Origin: an uncultured Gemmatimonadales bacterium
GTDB taxonomy: Bacteria > Gemmatimonadota > Gemmatimonadetes > Gemmatimonadales > GWC2-71-9
Assembly: GCA_963795085.1 (NCBI GenBank)
Contig: CAWCFX010000001.1
Location: forward strand, 1,056,001-1,120,000
Direction of reading: 5' to 3'
DNA: 64,000 nucleotides
Shown here: positions 42,981 through 51,720 of the stretch, in pieces
Numbering within the stretch: the first letter of the stretch is position 1
Layout of the letters: every line of letters begins with the position of its first letter
Position numbers and translations under genes: made by a program
Notes under the pieces: model-generated
Databases searched by the model: none
Seen by the model: the letters and a program-made list of their open reading frames with translations, nothing else
What the model was told of the DNA's origin: nothing

Positions 42981-43433
42981 ATGACGGCTATCTCTCGTCT
43001 CACACACTATTTGACTATTCTCTTTCTGACGGCCCTTGTCGGGTGTAAGGAAGCGCTACCCCCCACTTACTCTGATGCTGGGATATTAGAGCTACAGCAG
43101 AGAGTTTTGCGGCTCTAGAGCAGAGCGTTGACAGCCTCAAGTCTGAACTTGCTGCCATCCGTACATCAGCTCAGCGTGCGCAGTCGACCGGGGGCACGGA
43201 GTTCCACAGGTGACTGTCAACGCTTTCTCGGCCGCTGGTCACCCCAAGGGGTTGAGATCTCACGCCAAGGCGGACAATACATATGGCGAGACAATGGAAA
43301 TCTGTTTGGCGTAAAGCAGTTCAAGTGCAGCGGCGGCGAACTCGTAGGCTCCGACCTGGCCGGAAACGTTACATTCAACACGGCTACGGGTCAGATCTAC
43401 TTCTTCGGCCGGGAGTTCCAACGCGTACGATAA
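42981..43433 (+). pseudogene. Putative lipoprotein, frameshifted
   Basis: MTAISRLTHYLTILFLTALVGC lipobox joined to ORF 43128-43433. Confidence 0.45.
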
Positions 43434-43927
43434 TGCCGGTTTCCTTTACCGATCTCGACAAACCGAGATTATAATTGACCGGCGACGCTGAGGAGAAAGC
43501 GATGATCAATTTCCCTACATCTACCTCGCGGTGCAGAGCTACAACCGGGGGGCTAGGGGCAAGCGCTGGAGACATAGCAGCATAAGGTTATTTCGCATCG
43601 TTTCTGGCGGGAAGATCTTGGGAAGGAGTGCCCGAGGAACAGGTGCAAATGGACAGGAACAACCGGGAAGGTCAAGATAGCAAAAACCGCTTAAATGCCA
43701 CGAGGTGAAGCGCTTCGAAACTGAATGCAAAGATTAGAAGAGAACTGCAAAACATCCACCCATCGATGTGTGCTCTCGAGTGTGCCTCTGACGAAACTAG
43801 TTGAGAAACTACTGCTTCCAAAAGGACAGGCATCCGGGGAACCGGTAGAGAGCTATCTCGGCTCCATAAGGTCACTCTGAACAATTAGAGAACCATTTAA
43901 GACCAATAGCGTTCAGATTACCATTCG

Positions 43928-43973
43928 GGACTCATAATCCGTAGGTCGTGGGTTCAAGTCCCACAGGGCCCAT
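43928..43973 (+). repeat. attR: duplicated 3' half of the tRNA(CAT)
   Basis: 46/46 identity with 26129-26174. Confidence 0.95.
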
Positions 43974-44005
43974 GGCACTTAAGGAATTGAAGGAATTACG
44001 TTCCC

Positions 44006-45486
44006 TCACTCTCGCCCGCGTCGCCCCATCCTGACCCGCACGATCTGCCCGCCTTCCGTCGCCCGGTGGCGGCCAGGCTCCACCGGCCCATGGCGATCCA
44101 CCTCCCCCGACGGCCACTCGACGACCACCGATCCACCCGCTCTCACCCAGCCCGAAGTGAATCACCGGATCGTTGCTCCCCGCGTAGCCGGTGCTGGCCT
44201 CGAGCCAGCGGTGCTGCCAGCGGCCTACCGAGCCGCGGCTGGTCCGGACCGAGACCCGGGCCCCGATGCCGCGGCGGTTGGAACGGGTCCCCCGTAGCTC
44301 GAGCACCAGCCAGCCTGCCGCCGGGGTGGGATCGGCCGCGGAATTCCGGTAGAGCCGGCTGGGTGAGCCCGGGCTGCCCCAGTTGGACACGAACAGATCG
44401 CAGTCCTGATCCCGCGTCCAGGTCTCCCCAGGCAATTCCGGCAGAGGTGTCGGCCGATTCCGACGGAATCCGGTTCCATCCCTCCCCGCGTCTCAGGTAC
44501 AGCTGGTTGTATTGGTCCGGCGCCGGTGTGCCACTGCCGAGGTAGAGATCGAGGTTCCCGTCCAGGTCGTAGTCTCCCCAGGCATGCCCCTTGGAGGCCG
44601 CGCTCGCCAACAGCGGACCCCACGAAGAAAGTTCCCAGCGGCCATCGCCCACGTTCCGGTAGAGGACGTTGTCGCGGTTGAAGTTGGCGATGAACAGATC
44701 GAGCCTGCGATCCTGGTCCGCGTCGGCCCACGACACACCGTAGGAATAGGCGCTGTCGCGCTGCAGCCCGGGCAGGTCACCCGAGGTGAAGCGAAAGCCT
44801 GCCCTGGTTCAGGAGCAGCAGGTCGGGCCGCTGGGCGACGGCCACCGCCAGGTCGGGCAGGCCGTCGCCATCGGGATCGCCGAACGCGCAGGCTCGGCCA
44901 TCGCCCTCCCCGCGCGCCCCGGCCGGCAACGCCACCTCGGCGAACCTGCCGGCATTATTGCGGAAGAGCTGGTTGCGCCCGGTACGATAGCCAACCAGGA
45001 AGACGTCCAGGTCGCCGTCCCGGTCCACATCGGCCCAGCAGGCCATGGAGGCGCTCATGGAGTCCGGCGCGATCGGAGTGCCGAAGACCCGGGTCAGGCG
45101 GCCGGCGTCGTTCTGAAAGAGCAGGCCCTGGCTGCCGCTCCGCCCCACCACGTGGAGGTCCAGGTCGCCGTCCCCGTCGAAGTCCACGAACACCGCACCT
45201 TCGGAGTCTCCCCCATCGATCGAGGCGGGACTCTCCGGGTGCCGGCGCAAGACGCCACCATCATTGATATAGAGGGTGTTGCGGAAGCCGCGACTGCGGG
45301 TGACGTACAACTCCGGGTAGCCATCGCCGTCCAGGTCGCCCCAGGCGACCCCGCGGGTGGGCCCGCTATCGGCGGCAGCGGTCCAGGCGACGGGGCTCAG
45401 CAGCGCCGGCTGCTGTGCGGCCAGCGGCGGCGGGCTGCGGCCAGGCCGATGCCGGCGGCGCCGAGCAGGGCGGCCCGGCGAAACAT
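44006..45486 (-). pseudogene. FG-GAP repeat / ASPIC-UnbV (CRTAC1-like) protein, frameshifted
   Basis: Repeated WGDLDGDG / DFDGDGDLDL and SNRRGIGARV..HFGLG. Confidence 0.8.
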
Positions 45487-45514
45487 CGCTTCGCCCGCTG
45501 TTCCGGTGGGCGGG

Positions 45515-46918
45515 CTATGGCGCGGCTGCGCGGGGGGCCGGCACCGGCACCGCGATGCCCCGGACCGACCCGATCCGGTCCACCGTCCAGCCCCGGGCCT
45601 TGAGCCTCGCCTGGAGGAAATCGAGAGGCATGCCCCCGGCGGCCGACGACGAGTAGGCCCAGCGAAGGGAAGGTACGTAGATGAAGAGGGAGCCCTGCGC
45701 GTCGGGATAGTCAATCGGTTCCAGCCAGAGCGAGTCGCCCCCCACTCTCAGCCAGGCGCCCCGGACGACCCCGCGCGCGGCTGTCGCCGGCTGGCCGTGG
45801 TTGCGCAGAATCAGGCCGGCGGAGGGGAGCGCCCCGCGGGCGACGTGCAGCGGCACCTGGCGCCGGGTCAACCAGGCGAGGCCCCCGTTTCCGCCGGACG
45901 GGCTGGTGACGATGGCGCCCGCCAGTGGGCCAGTGCCGGTTTCCTCGAGCCAGCGCACCGCCCGTTCGGTGATGAGCGGCGCCTGGCCTCCCTCCAGCAA
46001 CAGCCACCGGTTGCCCACCCGGACCGCGCCCACCGGAGTGCCGAAGGCGCCGAAGGTTGCGAACGAGCCTTCAATGATCTTCGCCGAGTCCACCGGGAGG
46101 TCGTACATCGGCTGGGTGGCGGTGGCCAGGTACGCGGCGCGCAGCGAATCGCTCACGGCGAAGGAATCGGCGGTCGCGACGGTATCGAAGGCTATCGAGA
46201 GCACGGTGATGCGCTTGTAGGGACGCCCCACCCGCCGGATATCCAGCTGGGTCGGCATGGTCACACCCACCGGCATCTTGCTCCACTTGGAATACCAGAC
46301 CTCGACTTCCATTTCTCCCCAGGGCGCCAGGCCGAAATCGTTCACCTGCGCGGCCCGGTACCGCGCCATGGCCGGCATGCCGTCCGTTTGCCGGAAGAAG
46401 ATGGTGGCGGGGAACCGGTCAATGGTGGCGCTGACCCGGGCGTGGCGAATGCCCCCGATGGTGGTATCCGCCCCGCTCCGAAGATCGGGGGCGCTCCTCG
46501 CCTGCGGCAGCAGACGCTCGGCGGCGAACGCGAACAACTCCCGGCGCTCGTCCAGGTACGCGATGTTGAGCGGGGCCCAGGTGCCGTTCATGCGCCGGAT
46601 GGCCACGCTGTCCCGGACGATGTCCGTGAACTCGCGCCAGGTGGCACCGGCCCCGGCGAACCGGCGGGTGTTTCTCCAGGCGGGGATGGAATAGTCCCGG
46701 ACATCGGTATGCCATTCGTAGGAGGGCAGGTCGGTGTAGGGCCGCTCCTCGAACGACGTGCGCTGCCACTGGGTCATCATGTCCATGCGGACCCGGACCA
46801 CCCGTTCCAGCGCGGATCGTCCGCCCATCCGCGCGAGGGCGGTATCCACCGTGCTGACGGCGGCGGGGTCGGGAGCCTGGAAGGCCAGCAGCCCCGCTAT
46901 CAATAGAGTTGAAGACAT
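45515..46918 (-). CDS. Secreted hypothetical protein
   Basis: 467-aa ORF with host-like codon usage and a signal peptide. Confidence 0.7.
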   Translation of the reverse strand: MSSTLLIAGLLAFQAPDPAAVSTVDTALARMGGRSALERVVRVRMDMMTQWQRTSFEERPYTDLPSYEWHTDVRDYSIPAWRNTRRFAGAGATWREFTDIVRDSVAIRRMNGTWAPLNIAYLDERRELFAFAAERLLPQARSAPDLRSGADTTIGGIRHARVSATIDRFPATIFFRQTDGMPAMARYRAAQVNDFGLAPWGEMEVEVWYSKWSKMPVGVTMPTQLDIRRVGRPYKRITVLSIAFDTVATADSFAVSDSLRAAYLATATQPMYDLPVDSAKIIEGSFATFGAFGTPVGAVRVGNRWLLLEGGQAPLITERAVRWLEETGTGPLAGAIVTSPSGGNGGLAWLTRRQVPLHVARGALPSAGLILRNHGQPATAARGVVRGAWLRVGGDSLWLEPIDYPDAQGSLFIYVPSLRWAYSSSAAGGMPLDFLQARLKARGWTVDRIGSVRGIAVPVPAPRAAAP

Positions 46919-47229
46919 GGGGATTCTAACGCGATGATCCAGGACTGGGTTTCAGTCTGGGCTGATTGCAGGCGGGCGTCCACCATCAACTGAGGCCGAG
47001 CCTCCACACCTGGGGCGGCGATGCCTCAAAGCCGTCCGGTTGGTATGGGGGACACCCAGATCGGACGGTGCAGGGGGGCCTGAGCATGGGACGGCCTAAC
47101 CCTATCTGAATCCCGCTGTTGCGGTACGCGGCGAGTTCAAACTGTGGCGCGGGACCCGCGGCACGCCGGATGCCAACATGAGGATCAGAATCCCGGCAAC
47201 CTGACATCCCGGTGGACCCTGGAGGCCCA

Positions 47230-49899
47230 GTGGTGCGGCTTCGTGCAACAGTTGGTTTGGCCCTGTTCCTGGTGGCGTGTGGGGGTGACAGCACCGGACC
47301 CTCTGGCGGACGCGCCGCGGTTTCCCTGGTCCTGGTGTCCCCTGGCGCGAGTTCGATGCTGGTCGGCGCCACCGAGCAGCTCACGGCCACCATCACCGAT
47401 ATCCAGGCCAAGCCGCTTACCGGCCGCCCGCTGGTCTGGCGCAGCAGCGACAATGCCAGGGCCGCGGTGAACGCCCAGGGCCTGGTCACGGCGCTGTCCA
47501 CCGGCCCGGTGACCATCACCGCCACCAGCGAGGGAAAGACGGGAACCTCCACGATCGAGATCCTCCCGCTTCCGATCGCCTCCATCTCCGTCGTGCCGGG
47601 TACCGCCACCCTGGGGCTCGGCACCACCTCGCAACTGAGCGCGGTGCCCCAGGACTCACTGGGCCGCCCGCTGGCCGGACGGGTGGTGACCTGGTCGAGC
47701 AACAATACCGCGGTGAGTGTCGCGCCCACCGGAATGGTCAGCGCAGCAGGCTTGGGGACGGCCATGATCACCGCGACCAGCGAGGGCAAGAGCGGGACGG
47801 CGGCCATCACGGTCACCCCCATCCCGGTGGCCTCGGTGACGGTTGCGCCGGCCATGCCCACCGTCGCCGTCGCGGCCTCCACCCCGCTCACCGCCACGGC
47901 GCGGGATGCCAACGGCAATGTATTGCCCGACCGAGTGATCTTCTGGAGCAGCGCCGACACGACGCGGGCCCGGGTCAGCGCGACTGGCGTTGTCACCGGT
48001 GTCCTCAAGGGAACCACGATCATCACGGCCACCAGCGAAGGCCACAGCGGGAGCGCCACGGTCACCATCGTGCCGGGCGCGCCGGCCTCGGTGACGATCG
48101 CGCCGGCCCCGCTCACCCTGGAAGCGGGCGATACTGCCCGTCTGACCGCGGTGGTGCGGGATGCCTCGGGCGACAGCATCACGGCGGCCGTCACCTGGAG
48201 CAGCGGGAGTACGAGCCTGGCCACCGTCAACGGAACCGGCCTGGTCACCGGGGTGGCCGAGGGCACCGTCATCGTCACCGCTACCAGCGGGACGGCCTCG
48301 GGCACCGACACGGTGTACGTGACGCCGGCGCCGGTGACCAGCGTGACCATGAACTCCGGCGGTACCCACCTGGGCGTGGGCGGGACTTTACAGCTCTACG
48401 CCACGCCACGCGGCGCCCAGGGCCAGGCCCTGAGCCAGCGGGAGATCACCTGGTCGAGTTCCGACAGCGGCGTGGCAACGGTCTCCTCCAGCGGCCTGGT
48501 CACCGGCGTCAGCATCGGCGACGCGACCATTACGGCGACCTGCGAGGGCCAGTCGGCCTCCACCGCCGTCGTGGTGGAGTATGAGTCGGTCGCGAGTGTC
48601 AGCCTGGACCCGCCGTCCGCGGCGGTCGGGGCGGGACTCGGCGCACAGTTCACGGTGTACGTCATCGGAAGCAGCGGCGACACCCTCGTCAACCGGGTGG
48701 TGACCTGGAGTAGCTCGGCCCCGGGAGTGGCCACGGTGAACGCTAACGGCCTGGTCGTCGGGGTCGTGGCGGGCACGGCGACGATCACGGCCACCTCGGA
48801 AGGCGTGAGCGGAACCGCGGACGTCACGGTCCAGGTGCACCTCGCCTTCCCGGCGCTCGATGGCGGATACTCGCATACCTGCTCGCTGACGGCGAATGGG
48901 GTGACGTACTGCTGGGGATCCAACACGGCCGGTGAACTGGGGAACGGCGCGGTCAATACCGGCAGCGCGGTCCCCGTCCTGGTCAGTGGCGGCCAGAGTT
49001 TCGCCAGCCTGTACCCCGGGGGGCGGCATACCTGCGCCCTCACGGCGGCCGGATCCGCCTGGTGCTGGGGCGGGAACGCCCGGGGCCAACTGGGGACCGG
49101 CGATACCACCGGGTCGGCGCGGCCCCGGGCCGTAGTGGGCGGGCTGGTGTTTACCCAGCTGACCGGCGGCTTCTCCCATGCCTGCGGTCTCGCCGCCAGT
49201 GGCGCCGCGTACTGCTGGGGCAGCAACACCCAGGGCGAACTGGGCAACGGGACCGCGACCCAGCGGGTGATGCCTACCCCGGTGGTGGGCGGGCACCAGT
49301 TCGTGGAGCTGAGCGCCCGGGGCGCTCACAGCTGCGGCCTGACCTCCGGCGGCGCGGTCTATTGCTGGGGCAAGAATGCCGACGGCGAACTGGGCGACGG
49401 CACCACGACGAACCGCACGGTACCCGTGCTGGTGAGCGGCGGCAACGCGTTCTCCTCGATCACCACCGGAGCGGGGCATACCTGCGCCATCACCGGTGGA
49501 GGCGCCGCCTACTGCTGGGGGGATAACTCGCTGGGCGAGATCGGGGACGGCACCCTGACCGACCGGCTGGCGCCGGTCGCCGTTGCCGGGGGCATCGCGT
49601 TCCAGCAGATCAAGGCGCGTGGCGGCCATACCTGCGGCATCGCCACGGCCGGTCCCACTTACTGCTGGGGCGAGAATACCAGCGGGCAACTGGGTGATGG
49701 CACCATGACCATGCGGACCGTCCCGGTCGTGGTCCAGGGCGGCCATAGCTTCACCGATGTCTCCAGCGGAGCGACCTTCAGTTGCGGGGTCACCGGCTCG
49801 CCGGTGCTGTATTGCTGGGGCGAGAACGGCGATGGCCAGCTGGGGAATGGCTCCTTTGCCAACAGCACGGTGCCGGTGAAGGTACTGGGACAGCCCTAG
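47230..49899 (+). CDS. Surface lipoprotein with ~6 Big_2 Ig-like domains and an RCC1-like propeller
   Basis: LVAC lipobox, repeated TWSSS..ATV...GLVT...G.ATITATSEG and seven HTC...YCWG.N..GELG.G repeats. Confidence 0.9.
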   Translation: MVRLRATVGLALFLVACGGDSTGPSGGRAAVSLVLVSPGASSMLVGATEQLTATITDIQAKPLTGRPLVWRSSDNARAAVNAQGLVTALSTGPVTITATSEGKTGTSTIEILPLPIASISVVPGTATLGLGTTSQLSAVPQDSLGRPLAGRVVTWSSNNTAVSVAPTGMVSAAGLGTAMITATSEGKSGTAAITVTPIPVASVTVAPAMPTVAVAASTPLTATARDANGNVLPDRVIFWSSADTTRARVSATGVVTGVLKGTTIITATSEGHSGSATVTIVPGAPASVTIAPAPLTLEAGDTARLTAVVRDASGDSITAAVTWSSGSTSLATVNGTGLVTGVAEGTVIVTATSGTASGTDTVYVTPAPVTSVTMNSGGTHLGVGGTLQLYATPRGAQGQALSQREITWSSSDSGVATVSSSGLVTGVSIGDATITATCEGQSASTAVVVEYESVASVSLDPPSAAVGAGLGAQFTVYVIGSSGDTLVNRVVTWSSSAPGVATVNANGLVVGVVAGTATITATSEGVSGTADVTVQVHLAFPALDGGYSHTCSLTANGVTYCWGSNTAGELGNGAVNTGSAVPVLVSGGQSFASLYPGGRHTCALTAAGSAWCWGGNARGQLGTGDTTGSARPRAVVGGLVFTQLTGGFSHACGLAASGAAYCWGSNTQGELGNGTATQRVMPTPVVGGHQFVELSARGAHSCGLTSGGAVYCWGKNADGELGDGTTTNRTVPVLVSGGNAFSSITTGAGHTCAITGGGAAYCWGDNSLGEIGDGTLTDRLAPVAVAGGIAFQQIKARGGHTCGIATAGPTYCWGENTSGQLGDGTMTMRTVPVVVQGGHSFTDVSSGATFSCGVTGSPVLYCWGENGDGQLGNGSFANSTVPVKVLGQP

Positions 49900-49999
49900 C
49901 GGGCGGTCCCCCCCTCGCTGCTCAACGGAAAACCCGCCGGGGATTTCGCCGCGGCGGGCGGCCGGGAGGTCTTCCCGCCCGGTCCGCCGGTCTCCACCC

Positions 50000-51103
50000 C
50001 TACTGACGCACCGCCTGCCCGGCGCAGAGTCCGCCGCTTCCCTGGCTCGGTCCCTCAAGAAAAACGTAGTAGGAAATCTGGGAGAACCGGTCGCCGCCGG
50101 CACTCAGGGTCCAGCTGAAATCTTCCCGGTACGTGGATCCCGGCGCGCCTCCGATGAAGAACCCACGAAGGACGTGGGGGTTGCCGGGTACGCCGGCGGC
50201 CTGGTAGGTCGCGAGGTCTCCCGACGCGGGAGGATCTTCGTCCAAGATGTCGATGGTGTTGCCGCCGGCGACCGCCAGGGTAAGAGTGGCCTGGCCAAAC
50301 TCGGGAGGCAGGCAGGCCCAGTCCTGGAGAAACACCCCAGCCCAGTCGCTGAGCACGCCATTGGCGCCGCAGGGAATCGTGACGTTTGAACTGGGCAACG
50401 TGGTCGCGGCGCCGTCCGGGTCGGTATATCGCACGGCGGTCACTGATGCAGTTGCCCGGGTGAACAGGAAGCTCCAGAGTGATGCGAGGGTTCCGTTCGG
50501 GCCAGTCACCTCGACTTGGGCATTTCCGTTGAGACTGTAGGCGCACGCGTTCGCGACCGAGTTGCCGGCTCCGGTCGCGGCTTTCATGAGCAGCGGCTGG
50601 CCCGGATCGACGCTGACGGTGGTGGTATTGCCGGTGACCATCTCGGTAAATACCCCGGACCCCGATATCTCCCGGCCCGCGGCCGTCAACTGGAAGTCCA
50701 TCGAGCCGGCGAAAGCGCCAAGCCCCCCCGGGATCCCCATGGTGAAATCGAGATGGCCCCCGAAACCGATACCCGCCAGGGCCGGGTCTCCATTGAAGGC
50801 GGCCGAACCACCGATCGTGATCTCTGGCGTCCCGTCGCCATCGCCGTCCAGCGGAATGGAAAAGGTGTAGGTATGGGGAGCGACATCAGGCTGGAACACA
50901 ATGCCTCCGGCTCCGGCCGAGGCCGGATTCAGCAGGAAGGGCAACCGGCCCTCGAATCCGCCGAGTCGCGGGATCACGACCCGAATGCCGGCCTTTTCGT
51001 AAGACTCGAGTTGAAGAGCGGCGGGCGGGACCGGATCCGAGGATTCACTGCTGGCACAGGCGGAGAGGAGCAACAACAGGGTAACGCAGGGTAGCCCTCG
51101 CAT
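50000..51103 (-). CDS. Hypothetical lipoprotein
   Basis: MRGLPCVTLLLLLSAC lipobox and a beta-rich body. Confidence 0.7.
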   Translation of the reverse strand: MRGLPCVTLLLLLSACASSESSDPVPPAALQLESYEKAGIRVVIPRLGGFEGRLPFLLNPASAGAGGIVFQPDVAPHTYTFSIPLDGDGDGTPEITIGGSAAFNGDPALAGIGFGGHLDFTMGIPGGLGAFAGSMDFQLTAAGREISGSGVFTEMVTGNTTTVSVDPGQPLLMKAATGAGNSVANACAYSLNGNAQVEVTGPNGTLASLWSFLFTRATASVTAVRYTDPDGAATTLPSSNVTIPCGANGVLSDWAGVFLQDWACLPPEFGQATLTLAVAGGNTIDILDEDPPASGDLATYQAAGVPGNPHVLRGFFIGGAPGSTYREDFSWTLSAGGDRFSQISYYVFLEGPSQGSGGLCAGQAVRQ

Positions 51104-51281
51104 TGGGTCCCTCCTTTTTGCCCATCGGGGTCTGTCTGGTGTGCCGGACAATGTAGCGGTCGGTCCCGCTTCTGGCCTCCCCCCGGGCCGGTGGACTCGG
51201 CCAGCCGTAGGCGGAGCCGTCCCGGCGGCTTATTATGGAGATGACGCCGCGGCCCGGCGTTCTCTCCCACAGGCGCGCACC

Positions 51282-51632
51282 ATGAAAAAACTCATCTGGC
51301 TGGCCCTGTTCGCCGGGGCGGCGTACGTCGGTTACCTGGCCTACAAGGAAAAGCCCGGTGAGGGTCCCAAGGCTCGGCAGGGCAAGGCGGCGGTGCAGCC
51401 GGTCGTCAACGCCCTGGAGTCCTACCGGCAGGCGCACAACACCTATCCCGCCGACCTGGAAGACCTGGCCGGGGAGGGAGGCGGGCTGCCCGGCCAGGTG
51501 CTGGGCCATCCCCTGCGCTACGAGCGCCACGGCGCCACCTATGATCTCACCTTCTCCTACGCCACGCCGCTCCCCGTGCACTGTACCTACAGCCCGGAGA
51601 CCCGCTGGAAGTGCGGGTTCCTCCGAGGGTAA
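51282..51632 (+). CDS. Small membrane-anchored pseudopilin-like protein
   Basis: N-terminal TM segment, then ALESYR..HNTYP..LEDL and two C-terminal Cys. Confidence 0.55.
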   Translation: MKKLIWLALFAGAAYVGYLAYKEKPGEGPKARQGKAAVQPVVNALESYRQAHNTYPADLEDLAGEGGGLPGQVLGHPLRYERHGATYDLTFSYATPLPVHCTYSPETRWKCGFLRG

Positions 51633-51720
51633 CCCACCGCCCCAGCGCTAAAGTCGGGGCGGCTCCGGTCGAGATTATGAGTGGCAGTGGTGCCTTCTCT
51701 CGACCCTGAACAGCCAACCC

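Larger units (their letters stand above)
38646..43433 (+). mobile_element. Integron-like gene cassette array without intI (CALIN)
   Basis: At least three attC-like palindromes following short co-oriented ORFs, with complementary cassette ends. Confidence 0.7.
26129..43973. mobile_element. tRNA-integrated genomic island (~17.8 kb, composite)
   Basis: Perfect 46-bp direct repeat of the tRNA 3' half at 26129-26174 and 43928-43973, a visible GC drop and an integrase inside. Confidence 0.92.

Noticed and set aside
43928..43973. Second tRNA gene
   Set aside because: Only the 3' half is present, with no D-arm or 5' acceptor strand. It is the attR site.
26129..43973. Prophage or ICE
   Set aside because: No capsid, terminase, tail, relaxase or T4SS genes are seen
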